Assembly: GCA_020725605.1 (NCBI GenBank)
Contig: DYER01000030.1
Location: forward strand, 83 to 64,082
Length of the DNA stretch: 64,000 nucleotides
Direction: 5' to 3'
Source of the DNA: Ammonifex sp.
GTDB taxonomy: Bacteria > Bacillota > Desulfotomaculia > Desulfotomaculales > DYER01
Made by a program: the position numbers and the translations under genes. Shown in pieces: positions 1 through 8,060 of the stretch; position 1 is the stretch's first letter, and each line of letters begins with the position of its first letter. Under the pieces are notes generated by a model that saw only the letters and a program-made list of their open reading frames with translations, had not been told where the DNA came from and ran no database searches.

Positions 1-904
1 TCAGGGCCGCCGCCTGCAGCGCCTTCATCGCCGCGGTGAAGGCGTACGGCTTGGCCCCGGCGTCACAGCTCGTGGAGCCGGGTACGCGCCGCCAGTGGTA
101 CAGGATGTCCGCCACATGTCCAACGGCCCTCGTACGCTCTACGATGCGCAGCACCAGATCGTAGTCCTGGCTCCCGTCGAATTGGGGGTCAAGCCCACCC
201 ACCTCGTCGAAAACGGTGCGACGGACAACGAGAAAATGGGTAATGTAGTTCATACTCATCAACAAGTCGGGCGACAGGTCGGGCTTGAAGAACGGTTCGA
301 ACCTCTGTCCCCCAGGATCGATCTTGTCCTCGTCGGAATATATCATATCGAGGTCGGGCCTGTCGTTCAGCAACCTGGCTACGGTCCACAGGGCGTGGGG
401 AGCCAGAACGTCGTCGTGGTCCAGAAAACCGACGAACTCACCCCGGCTTAGACCGACGGCCGCATTCGTAGCGCCCGATATCCCGCGCCGAGAAGCCAGG
501 AAGGCAACCTTTACTCTCTCATCCGATGAAGCGCACTCTTCAAGCAGGCGCCTCACGTCCGCACGCCGGCTGCAATCGTCCGCTATGCAGAGCTCCCAGT
601 TCTCGTAACTCTGATTTTGTACCGACTCGATGGCCGCCGCGAGCCATCGCCGATCGGGGTTGCAGACCGGCATTACGACGCTGATCAGCGGCCTGTACCG
701 CAGATCGCCCGGGACCGGGTGGCTGGCATATCCTTTTGTCCGCTCCAACCAGAGGTGGTACCGCTGCTCTAAGTCGAATCCCGTATTCAGGTACCGCCAG
801 CCCTTCCTCCGGCAGAAGGAGTACGTCCGCCGCGCCAGGCTTGCGAAGCCGTTATCGCGGACGATGCGAAGGGCCTTCCGAACCAGGAATAGGGCTAGTG
901 CCAC
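1..904 (-). CDS. Family 2 (GT-A fold) glycosyltransferase; the 3' end runs off the left edge of the window
   Basis: Absent from the ORF track because there is no stop inside the window. Manual minus-strand translation gives ...RYRPLISVVMPVCNPDRRWLAAAIESVQNQSYENWELCIADDCS...GEFVGFLDHDDVLAPHALW...DMIYSDEDKID...NYITHFLVVRR, a typical GT2 with DxD motifs. There is an in-frame stop at 983-985. The only upstream start candidate is the GTG at 904-902. Confidence 0.8.
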   Translation of the reverse strand, partial: MALALFLVRKALRIVRDNGFASLARRTYSFCRRKGWRYLNTGFDLEQRYHLWLERTKGYASHPVPGDLRYRPLISVVMPVCNPDRRWLAAAIESVQNQSYENWELCIADDCSRRADVRRLLEECASSDERVKVAFLASRRGISGATNAAVGLSRGEFVGFLDHDDVLAPHALWTVARLLNDRPDLDMIYSDEDKIDPGGQRFEPFFKPDLSPDLLMSMNYITHFLVVRRTVFDEVGGLDPQFDGSQDYDLVLRIVERTRAVGHVADILYHWRRVPGSTSCDAGAKPYAFTAAMKALQAAAL

Positions 905-977
905 ACCGCGAATACCCCTGACCCCTTCCCGACCCTCGGGTTGCGTTGCAGAAACCGCGTCGCTCCGCGTGGGCTCC

Positions 978-2228
978 TTACATCACGTGATCCAAAAGCT
1001 GAGAGACGCACGCATCCCAGGTCCGGTCCTTCAAGAAGCGTTGCCGCTCATCGGGTGTTAAGTCACGCTTTCGTTCCAGAGCCATCTCTACCGAGCGGAC
1101 AAAGCCGTCCGCTGTTCTGGCCAGTATCAACCCACTACCGTCACCGTAATGTCTGGAAAGTAGCTCCAGCTCCTCCGTAGCCGTGGCCACCACCGGCAGC
1201 CCGAAGACGAGGTACTCGTTGAGCTTGGCGGGGTGCATGGCGCCGGCGTAGGGGTCGGGCCGGTAGGGGATGAGGCCCACGTCGGCGGCCCGGAGGACCC
1301 CGGCCAGTTCGATGTAGCGCCGCCGCGGCGGCAGGACATACAGGTTGGGCAGTTTGGGTAGCAATACTTCGCCGCGGGCCACGGGACCCATGAGGATGAC
1401 CGAGCCCTGGGGCACGGCCTCGCACAGCGCCGCTACGGCCTCCACCCACAGTTTGCGGTTGATGCCGCCTATGTACAGCAGGCGCGGCCGCGGCAGCCGC
1501 GCCACCTCGGGGGGCGTTTCCACTTCGGCGTCCAGAAGCTCGGTGTTGAAGCCGTCGCGGAACAGCACCGGGTTTTTGGTCCGGTCCCGGTATTGGTCGA
1601 GTAGCGTGGCCGAGGCGAAGAGCGTGACGTCCGCCCGGCGCAAAAGCCTTTCTTCGAAGGGTGCCAGCCGCGGCTCCACCAGTTTGGGGTCGCTCACCAC
1701 GTCGTAAACCACGCGCGCCCAGGGGAAGTCCTCGGCGAGGCGCACTGCCAGGGGCGTGGCCAGGTAGGTGAGCAGCACCACTTCCTCCGGCCGCAGTCCT
1801 TCCCCTTCCAGGAATCTCTGCACCCGCCGCCTCAAAAGGTAGTAATTCCAGGCCAGCGCCGCGGTGCTGTAGGGCCAGGGCGCGGCCAGGGGTGAGTAAA
1901 CCTGCAGGTTTTCGGGCGCCGGTTCTCCGCCGTCCGCCGGGCGGAAGAGGGCCGTGCGTAGCCGGCCGATGATCCGGGGCAGGTCCGTCGGTCGGGGCGG
2001 GCGCGCGGCGGTGTTCTCCACGAACAGGACCTTCAGGCCCGCCCGGGCCAGTCCGGTGCTCAGGTGGTGCACCCTCTGGCGCAGGAAATTCCAGTCCAAG
2101 GCGGCAAGTACGACCGCACCGCGCAGCTGCAAGGGCAACGGCCCTCCCCGGGTTCTTACCTTCGCTTCTATTCGACCAAAGGTGGCCTTTTCCTTCTCGC
2201 CCACCCGGCTACCGGCACGGCGGGCCAC
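978..2228 (-). CDS. Family 1 (GT-B, GT4-like) glycosyltransferase
   Basis: 416 aa ORF. The C-terminal half (LLYIGGINRKLW...ADVGLIPYRP...HPAKLNEYLVFGLPVVAT) matches the GT1 nucleotide-sugar binding domain. The true start may be internal, for example a TTG near 2130 after GGGGAGGG. Confidence 0.8.
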   Translation of the reverse strand: MARRAGSRVGEKEKATFGRIEAKVRTRGGPLPLQLRGAVVLAALDWNFLRQRVHHLSTGLARAGLKVLFVENTAARPPRPTDLPRIIGRLRTALFRPADGGEPAPENLQVYSPLAAPWPYSTAALAWNYYLLRRRVQRFLEGEGLRPEEVVLLTYLATPLAVRLAEDFPWARVVYDVVSDPKLVEPRLAPFEERLLRRADVTLFASATLLDQYRDRTKNPVLFRDGFNTELLDAEVETPPEVARLPRPRLLYIGGINRKLWVEAVAALCEAVPQGSVILMGPVARGEVLLPKLPNLYVLPPRRRYIELAGVLRAADVGLIPYRPDPYAGAMHPAKLNEYLVFGLPVVATATEELELLSRHYGDGSGLILARTADGFVRSVEMALERKRDLTPDERQRFLKDRTWDACVSQLLDHVM

Positions 2229-2255
2229 GTTCCGGCACTCCCGTGCCCGGTCGAA

Positions 2256-2882
2256 TCAGGAGTCCCCCTGCGGGTAGTGCTCCGGGACCTCGGCCGCCGG
2301 GAGGATCCCGTTGGCGAGCAGGGCGGTCACGGCCGCGGCCACGGGGCAGAGGCTGAGGGGCCAGGGCACCGGGGCCGGCCGGGGGGTCGCGGCGGGGAGT
2401 CCGCCGCCCGCGGCGTCCCAGAGCTCCCGCTCCCTCCGGGCCACTTCCCGGGCCTCCTGGATGCGGCGCCGTACGGTTTTGAGGTCCGCCAGGCTGTACA
2501 GCTCGGTGCCGTCGTGGAAGAGAAGCACCGTGCGGTACGGCGGGCGCTTCGCGCGGCGCACTTCCCTGAGGCGCTCCAGCGCCACGTAGCCGTTGGCCTG
2601 GGGCGAGTGGTCCGCCAGCGGCACGCAGGCCAGTACCAGCGGCCACAGGGCCACGGGCTGGTCGCGCCGCCGCTCGAGCATACGCGAGACCGCGCGGCGG
2701 CTGGCCGTTTCATCCATGCCCCGGACGCGGTAGAGGCTGCGCATCACCTGGCGCAGGGGCCGGGGCAGCACGTGTTCTCCGCCTCCCTCCAGGTAGACGA
2801 CGGTCTCCTCCGCACCCCAGCCGGTGCGCCGGGGCACCAGGGCGCAGGCCTTCCGCAGTAGTTCCCACAGATCCGCGGGCAC
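2256..2882 (-). CDS. Hypothetical protein with a C-terminal hydrophobic segment; weak ComK-like pattern only
   Basis: 208 aa ORF with balanced composition, unlike the Gly/Arg/Pro-rich overlapping alternative frames. The pattern RPLRQVMRSLYRVRG...PLVLACVPLADHS...TVLLFHDGTELYSL loosely recalls the ComK family. Not verified. Confidence 0.5.
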   Translation of the reverse strand: MPADLWELLRKACALVPRRTGWGAEETVVYLEGGGEHVLPRPLRQVMRSLYRVRGMDETASRRAVSRMLERRRDQPVALWPLVLACVPLADHSPQANGYVALERLREVRRAKRPPYRTVLLFHDGTELYSLADLKTVRRRIQEAREVARRERELWDAAGGGLPAATPRPAPVPWPLSLCPVAAAVTALLANGILPAAEVPEHYPQGDS

Positions 2883-2926
2883 GCTATTCCCCCCTCATGC
2901 GGTGCCGCGCCGGTTGCTCTCGCGGG

Positions 2927-3493
2927 TCACAGGGCCGCCTGGGCGCCGCCCAGCCAGCGCTGTACTTCCTCCAGCCCGCTCCTGGTCATGCGCCAGGTGT
3001 CGCCGTCGAGGGTGATCCATCCTTCGCTCTGGGCGCGCTTCAGGTACGTGGCCAGTGACTTCAACATGGTGCCCTCCCGCAGTTCTTCCTTGAGGAGCCG
3101 CCGCACGGAGACCGCGTCCGCCTGCTGTTTGCAGATCACGTCGAGGTAATAGACCGCAAACGTGGCCGTCTCCTTCTTACCGCGCAGCTTGATACGCCGC
3201 CGCAACTCAGCCGCCGTGGGGGGCGACCGATCGGGAGCGGGGACGGCCCGGGCTGCGGCCTCCGGCTCCCGCGACGGTAAGGGTACTGCCGGTCCCGGGA
3301 CCACCGGTACCGCCTCCGGGCCGGGCGCCACAGCCCCCAGGCTATCCTGAATTTCGCGCCGTTCCAGGTACTCCAGTAACTTCGTTTCGGCCGGGGTCAG
3401 GTGCTCCAGTAGCCTCAGCACGTCGCCGAATTCGCCCCGGAATTCCAGGCGGAAACCCACGTGGGTCATCTCGAGGAACAGTTCGCAGGCCAT
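2927..3493 (-). CDS. Hypothetical protein: small N-terminal domain, Pro/Ala-rich linker, C-terminal winged-helix-like domain
   Basis: In ORF 2927..3562 the internal ATG at 3493 is preceded by GGGAGGcaaatc. The product starts MACELFLEMTHVGF. Family not recognised. Confidence 0.55.
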   Translation of the reverse strand: MACELFLEMTHVGFRLEFRGEFGDVLRLLEHLTPAETKLLEYLERREIQDSLGAVAPGPEAVPVVPGPAVPLPSREPEAAARAVPAPDRSPPTAAELRRRIKLRGKKETATFAVYYLDVICKQQADAVSVRRLLKEELREGTMLKSLATYLKRAQSEGWITLDGDTWRMTRSGLEEVQRWLGGAQAAL

Positions 3494-3584
3494 GATTTGC
3501 CTCCCGTTTTGTTTAATTGGTTGAGTAGCCACATTATAGCAGAGACCCGCGGGGGCTGTCAATATGCTTTGTGTGATTGTCGCC

Positions 3585-3731
3585 TTAATTCGGGGACCTT
3601 TCGAGTAGCGCGCCCAGGCGGTTTATGGCGGCCGCCAGTTCGTCCAGCTTTTTCTCCATGCGCAGCAGCAGGTAAACTGCTACGACCATGGGGAAGCCGT
3701 AGTTCGAGATCGAAGTCAGCAGGGTCTCCAC
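3585..3731 (-). CDS. YvrJ-family small membrane protein (48 aa)
   Basis: Below the ORF-track size cut-off, found by manual translation: (M)ETLLTSISNYGFPMVVAVYLLLRMEKKLDELAAAINRLGALLERSPN. It matches the YvrJ pattern (..NyGFP..V..YLL.R.E.KL..L...I..L). The GTG start is 8 nt after GAGGAGG. Confidence 0.7.
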   Translation of the reverse strand: METLLTSISNYGFPMVVAVYLLLRMEKKLDELAAAINRLGALLERSPN

Positions 3732-3744
3732 CGCACGCACCTCC

Positions 3745-3990
3745 TCAATCTTCTCCTCCGGCCGTGCCGGGGACCGGCCGTCCGGAGGGCGGTCCCTCTT
3801 CCCGGACCAGGCCCGGTGTCTCCTGCGCCAGGGAGCCGAAGGCCGCGGCGCAGGTGCCGCACAGCTCCAGGTCGCCCAGCAGGGCCCGCCCGTCCATGAG
3901 CAACAGTTTGGCCGCCAGGTTGGCGGTCCGGTCGCAGCAGTCGCAGCGCCGGCGGCGGATTTCGAGATAGGGGATCATCTGCACGTGCAC
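3745..3990 (-). CDS. Small Cys-rich protein (CxCC ... CxxC, zinc-ribbon-like)
   Basis: Distal part of ORF 3745..4209. The GTG at 3990 lies 7 nt after GGGAGGTG. The product is (M)HVQMIPYLEIRRRRCDCCDRTANLAAKLLLMDGRALLGDLELCGTCAAAFG... Confidence 0.45.
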   Translation of the reverse strand: MHVQMIPYLEIRRRRCDCCDRTANLAAKLLLMDGRALLGDLELCGTCAAAFGSLAQETPGLVREEGPPSGRPVPGTAGGED

Positions 3991-4070
3991 GGGGCAACAC
4001 CTCCCTCGAATAAACGGAGTGGAGTGGGCCGCGCCAAACAAGAGCGGGCGTCCGCCCCCATCGGACTCCC

Positions 4071-4622
4071 TCAGTCTGCCAGGCCGGTGGCCCGGGCGAC
4101 GGCGCGGGCGAGGGTGTAAGCCAGCCCGGCGCGCACACACGGGTCCCTCAGCAAAGCGGCATCGGCGGCGTTGGTGATGAACAAGCACTCCAGCAGCACC
4201 GCCGGACACGCGGTGCGGCGGAGCACGTAGAAGTCGGCCCGGAGCCGGCCGCGGTCCGGCACGCCGTATTGCGCCAGATAAGAGGCCGCCGCGGCGTGAA
4301 CGGCGCTCCGGAAGGCGTGCGTGCAGGGCCGGGCCGCGGGATGGACGTAGCTCTCAAAGCCCCGGGCGTGCGGATTTTGTGCGGCGTTGCAGTGGATGCT
4401 CAGGTACAGGTCCGCGGCGCGCTCGTTGGCCAGGGCCACACGCGCGGCCAGGGGCACGTCCCGGTCATCCTCGCGGGTGAGGTACACGACCGCGCCGTAC
4501 CCGCCCAGGGCCCGGGCGGTCTCCAGGGCCAGCGCGAGGGTCAGGTCCGCCTCGCGCAGGTCCCCGCAGACCGCCCCGGGGTCGTTGCCCCCGTGTCCCG
4601 GGTCGATTACCACTCGCAGCAT
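4071..4622 (-). CDS. N-acetylmuramoyl-L-alanine amidase (Amidase_3 family)
   Basis: MLRVVIDPGHGGNDPGAV...LYLSIHCNA...GFESYVH...VLLECLFITN. The ATG at 4622 lies 8 nt after GAGGAGG. Confidence 0.85.
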   Translation of the reverse strand: MLRVVIDPGHGGNDPGAVCGDLREADLTLALALETARALGGYGAVVYLTREDDRDVPLAARVALANERAADLYLSIHCNAAQNPHARGFESYVHPAARPCTHAFRSAVHAAAASYLAQYGVPDRGRLRADFYVLRRTACPAVLLECLFITNAADAALLRDPCVRAGLAYTLARAVARATGLAD

Positions 4623-4640
4623 GGTTTCGGCCTCCTCTTC

Positions 4641-4708
4641 GACGGGGAGTTTTGCCACCCCACCGCTACCGAGAACCGGGTGGCTTTCCGAAGGTAAAAT
4701 TCCCCTTG
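4641..4708 (-). repeat. Inverted-repeat intergenic element, copy R1
   Basis: The minus strand reads CAAGGGGAATTTTACC-TTCGGAAAGCCACCCGGTTCTCGGTAGCGGTGGGGT-GGCAAAACTCCCCGTC. It ends 18 nt upstream of the amidase ATG. Confidence 0.85.
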
Positions 4709-4787
4709 GTTTGACGCCGTTTCGGCCGGCGTGGCGGGAAGCCCGCGCCGCGCCCCCGTCGGGCCGGCGCGGGCCCCGCCGCCCGGG

Positions 4788-5012
4788 CTACGTGACCTGC
4801 AGTTCGGTGACCTCGCGCGCCACGATGCGGGCCCCGGCGATGCCGGTCAGGTCCCCTCCGCTCGTGGTGAAGACGTTGCGGGCCAGAATGGTCTGCATGG
4901 CGCCCTGTACTTCGGCGGCCGTAACGTTGTCCCGCGGCTCCACCACCGCCAGCGTCACCCTCCGGCCCGCGGCGTTGGTGAACTGCATCTCCAGCCGTCT
5001 GGTGATGGCCAC
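4788..5012 (-). CDS. DUF2922-family small protein
   Basis: (M)AITRRLEMQFTNAAGRRVTLAVVEPRDNVTAAEVQGAMQTILARNVFTTSGGDLTGIAGARIVAREVTELQVT matches the DUF2922 pattern. The GTG at 5012 follows GGGGGTG. Confidence 0.75.
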   Translation of the reverse strand: MAITRRLEMQFTNAAGRRVTLAVVEPRDNVTAAEVQGAMQTILARNVFTTSGGDLTGIAGARIVAREVTELQVT

Positions 5013-5106
5013 TTCGGTCACACCCCCTTTCCTCGCGGGATGCGGGCGGCCGGCGCGCCGCCGGCTTTTACGGCCTGGTACCGGCACCGGCGGCGCGACG
5101 GCCTTC

Positions 5107-5174
5107 GACGAACAATCTTACCGACGTACCGGCACCGACGGTTGGATAGGTTTCCGAGGGAGAATTCCTTCGAC
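5107..5174 (-). repeat. Inverted-repeat intergenic element, copy R2 (decayed; tandem with R3)
   Basis: The minus strand reads GTCGAAGGAATTCTCCC-TCGGAAACCTATCCAACCGTCGGTGCCGGTACGTC-GGTAAGATTGTTCGTC. The core is conserved and the arms are degenerate. Confidence 0.65.
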
Positions 5175-5238
5175 GGAGAATTTTGCCGGCGTGCCGGTAC
5201 CCAAGGTGGGATGGCTTTCCGGGGCAAAATTCCCCGTC
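5172..5238 (-). repeat. Inverted-repeat intergenic element, copy R3
   Basis: The minus strand reads GACGGGGAATTTTGCC-CCGGAAAGCCATCCCACCTTGGGTACCGGCACGCC-GGCAAAATTCTCCGTC. It sits 1 nt downstream of the DUF1659 stop codon. Confidence 0.85.
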
Positions 5239-5239
5239 G

Positions 5240-5464
5240 TTACACCGCCGCCAGGGCCGCTTCGTTAACCCTGATGATCTGCACCGTGGGGTACCTGTGC
5301 AGGCCCGCCAGGGCCGCGGCCACGTCGAAGACCTCCTGGTCCGTCGCGGCCGGCTTCACCTGGTCGTAGTTGCGGCTCCGCAAGACCGGGTCGCCGCTGG
5401 CGTCGGTGCCGACCTGCACCCGCAGGCGGATGGTGGTTTCCAGGGGCGTCACCGCTACCGGCAC
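5240..5464 (-). CDS. DUF1659-family small protein
   Basis: ...TTIRLRVQVGTDASGDPVLRSRNYDQVKPAATDQEVFDVAAALAGLHRYPTVQIIRVNEAAL matches the DUF1659 pattern. The start is probably the GTG at 5464, 8 nt after GGGAGG. The ORF track starts at 5473. Confidence 0.75.
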   Translation of the reverse strand: MPVAVTPLETTIRLRVQVGTDASGDPVLRSRNYDQVKPAATDQEVFDVAAALAGLHRYPTVQIIRVNEAALAAV

Positions 5465-5696
5465 CGGGTTCACCTCCCTTCCACCCCGATTTTAGGCCCG
5501 GCGGCCCCGCCGCGGCAAAGGCCGTACCGCACGGGGTGCGGCACGCGCTCCCGGTCCGAACCGGGCCGCCGCCGGCCGGGCCCGGGCCTCGGACCCGCAC
5601 CGGGGGTGCGGCCGCCGGAGGGTACCGGGTGCGGCGGCCGGTCCGGGGGCGGACCGCCGGGGTCCGGACGCCGTACCCCTGTGGAAACGGAAAAAC

Positions 5697-5760
5697 GACC
5701 GGGAACTTGCCCCCGCTGGCACCGAGAACCGATGGGCCTTCCGAGGGCAAATTTTCCGTC
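5697..5760 (-). repeat. Inverted-repeat intergenic element, copy R4
   Basis: The minus strand reads GACGGAAAATTTGCCC-TCGGAAGGCCCATCGGTTCTCGGTGCCAGCGGG-GGCAAGTTCCCGGTC. Confidence 0.75.
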
Positions 5761-5793
5761 GAAAGAATCCCCGCCGGCACCCGGCACGGACAA

Positions 5794-5820
5794 ATAAAAA
5801 AGCCGGGCAAACACCCGGCA
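5794..5820 (-). terminator. Rho-independent terminator downstream of the acyl-CoA synthetase gene
   Basis: The minus strand reads GCCGGGTGTTTGCCCGGC followed by TTTTTTATTT, about 55 nt after the stop at 5877. Confidence 0.75.
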
Positions 5821-5876
5821 GGGACGATTGCTGGCTTTGCTGCTTTCTGCCACCCGACTTCTGCCGCGGGCCGCGG

Positions 5877-7469
5877 TTACCGCGACTCGGCCCGGATCTC
5901 CCCGGCCAGGGCTTTCTTGTCGATCTTGCCCAGGGGGGTCAGCGGCAGGGCCTCCCGGAAGACGTACTGCCTGGGAATTTTGTAGTCGGCCAGCCGTTCG
6001 CTTAAAAAGGCCTTCAGTTCGGCCTCGTCCACGGTCGTGCCGGGCCGGCACACGACGTAGGCCCGGCCCACCTCGCCCAGCACGGGGTCCGGCACGCCAA
6101 GGCAGGCGGCCATCAGCACCGCCGGGTGCCGTGTCAGGGCGTCCTCGATTTCCGCGGGGTAGACGTTGTAGCCGCCGGTGATGTACATTTCCTTGAGCCG
6201 GCCCACCAGTCTGAGGTAGCCCCGCCCGTCCAGCACTCCCAGGTCCCCGGTGTAGAACCAGCCTTCCGGGTCCACGGCCTGCGCCGTCTCTTCGGGGAGG
6301 CGCAGGTACTCCTTCATTACGAACTCGCCCCGCAGGGCGATCTCGCCTACCTCTCCCGGGGGCAGCTCCCGCCGGTCCGGGCCCACGATCTTGAGTTCGA
6401 ACTCGGGGGCTATTTTGCCCACCGTGGCGAAGACGGTTTCGACGTCGTCTCCCGGGGCCGTGTAGGTGGCGAACCCGGCCACTTCGGTCATGCCGTAGCC
6501 GGTGCGCACGTCCGCGCAGATGCGGAACATGCCCTCGATGACCTCCCGGGTGGGCGGGGCCCCCGAAACCACGACCAACCGGACGCTCGACAGGTCGAAT
6601 TCCCCGAAGTTCGGCAGGGAGAATTCGAGGGCGAACATGGTCGGCACCTGGCCCAGGACCGTGACACGCTCCCGGGCCACCATCTCCAGGGTTTTCACCG
6701 GGTGGAAGGAGGGCAGGGCCACCAGCGTGGCCTTGCCCATGATGGCGGCGAAGGAAAGCTCGGTGGCGCCGCCCACGTGGTTCACCGGCAGGTGAAACAT
6801 GATGCGGTCCCGCGGCCCGATGTCCCACTGGCGGGTCTCGGCCAGGATGTTGGTGATGATGTTGCGGTGGGTCAGCACCGCGCCCTTGGGCCGGCCCGTG
6901 GTGCCGGAGGTGTAGACCACCAGCACGCCGTCGTCGGTGCTCACGGTGGCCTCGGCCTCCCGCAGCGGGGCGTCCTCCGTACCGGCGCCCTTCTTCAGGG
7001 CCTCGTCGAGGCCCACCGCGCCCGGCACCGCGGCTTCCTCACCGCAGACCAGCAGGGTCTCCAGGCCGGGGCACCTGCCTGCCAGTTCGGTCCCGACCTT
7101 CTGCCAGTCCACGCCGCCCGGGGAGCCCGCCAGGGCCAGCACCCGCGGCCGGGAGTTGTCGAGGATGTACTCCAGCTCCGGCCTGGTGTAGCGGGGATTG
7201 AGGCCCACCAGCAGGGCGCCGATCCTGGCCCCGGCCATGTAGGTGTAGAGGAATTCGGGCCCGGGCGGAAAAAGGTAGGCGATGGTGTCGCCCCGGCGTA
7301 CGCCGGCCGTAAGGAAGAACTTGGCGAGGTGGGTCACCTTTTCCCAGGCTTCGCCGTAGGTGATGCGGTAGCCCTCGCCCACGATGAGTTCCCTGTGCGG
7401 AGCGGCCTCCGCCGCCTCGCGGAGGTAGTCCGAAAGCAGGCGGAGCTTTTTATCGGTGCGCGTCAGCAC
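5877..7469 (-). CDS. AMP-dependent acyl-CoA synthetase/ligase (fatty-acid-CoA ligase family)
   Basis: 530 aa. AMP-binding motif YTSGTTGRPKGAVLTHRN, plus ...GYGMTE... and a C-terminal ...PLTPLGKIDKKAL. Confidence 0.9.
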   Translation of the reverse strand: MLTRTDKKLRLLSDYLREAAEAAPHRELIVGEGYRITYGEAWEKVTHLAKFFLTAGVRRGDTIAYLFPPGPEFLYTYMAGARIGALLVGLNPRYTRPELEYILDNSRPRVLALAGSPGGVDWQKVGTELAGRCPGLETLLVCGEEAAVPGAVGLDEALKKGAGTEDAPLREAEATVSTDDGVLVVYTSGTTGRPKGAVLTHRNIITNILAETRQWDIGPRDRIMFHLPVNHVGGATELSFAAIMGKATLVALPSFHPVKTLEMVARERVTVLGQVPTMFALEFSLPNFGEFDLSSVRLVVVSGAPPTREVIEGMFRICADVRTGYGMTEVAGFATYTAPGDDVETVFATVGKIAPEFELKIVGPDRRELPPGEVGEIALRGEFVMKEYLRLPEETAQAVDPEGWFYTGDLGVLDGRGYLRLVGRLKEMYITGGYNVYPAEIEDALTRHPAVLMAACLGVPDPVLGEVGRAYVVCRPGTTVDEAELKAFLSERLADYKIPRQYVFREALPLTPLGKIDKKALAGEIRAESR

Positions 7470-7470
7470 G

Positions 7471-7926
7471 TCAGTCCCGGCCTCCCCTCTTGAGGACCAT
7501 CAGGTGGTTGACGCAGGAGAGCACTTCCTCGTCGTTCTGGTTGAAGGCCTTTGCCTCCAGCACCAGCACACCCCGGTCCGGTCTTCCGGCGTCCTGCTTT
7601 TCCAGCACCCTGATACGCGCGTATACGGAGTCCCCCACGAACACGGGCCTGCGAAACCGCACGTCGGTCATGGCCACGTGGGCCACCACCGTGTCCTCCA
7701 CCAGGCCCAGGCGGTCCCACAGGCCGAGCAGCACCGACAGGGTGAGCAGGCCGTGGGCCACGCGCCTCCCGAAGGGAGTGCGGGCGGCGAAGTGCTCGTC
7801 CACGTGGATGGGATTGAAATTGCCCGAAAGACCGGCGAAGTTGACCAGGTCCGCGTCGGTCAGGGTGCGTCCCTTGGTCACGAATTCCTCGCCCACCCGA
7901 AAGTCCTCGAAGTAGCGGCTGTGCAA
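7471..7926 (-). CDS. MaoC-like (R)-specific enoyl-CoA hydratase / dehydratase
   Basis: 151 aa. Hot-dog fold motif ...FAGLSGNFNPIHVDEHFAARTPFGRRVAHG... The TTG start lies 7 nt after GGGGGAGGAG. Confidence 0.9.
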   Translation of the reverse strand: MHSRYFEDFRVGEEFVTKGRTLTDADLVNFAGLSGNFNPIHVDEHFAARTPFGRRVAHGLLTLSVLLGLWDRLGLVEDTVVAHVAMTDVRFRRPVFVGDSVYARIRVLEKQDAGRPDRGVLVLEAKAFNQNDEEVLSCVNHLMVLKRGGRD

Positions 7927-8060
7927 GGCGTATCTCCTCCCCCTGGGTGGTATGTGATATTACGGATGTCCGCCACCGGAACCCCGGAGGCGGCCGGCAG
8001 CGCGGAAAAAGCGGTCTCGCCCGCGAGGCTGGCGTCAACGACCACGCGTTTTCCGTTCAT
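7927..8060 (-). pseudogene. Probable remnant of a PIN-domain (VapC-like) toxin, truncated after about 44 codons
   Basis: The ATG at 8060 overlaps the antitoxin stop (ATGA). The N-terminus MNGKRVVVDASLAGE... resembles the PIN start (M..k.vvlDaS). The frame then runs into the maoC start with no further PIN motifs. Confidence 0.3.

Noticed and set aside
5470-6828. 452-aa minus-strand ORF and 455-aa plus-strand ORF (6126..7493) overlapping the acyl-CoA synthetase gene.
   Set aside because: They are off-frame or antisense to a gene with clear AMP-binding motifs, and their composition is Arg/Gly/Pro dominated.
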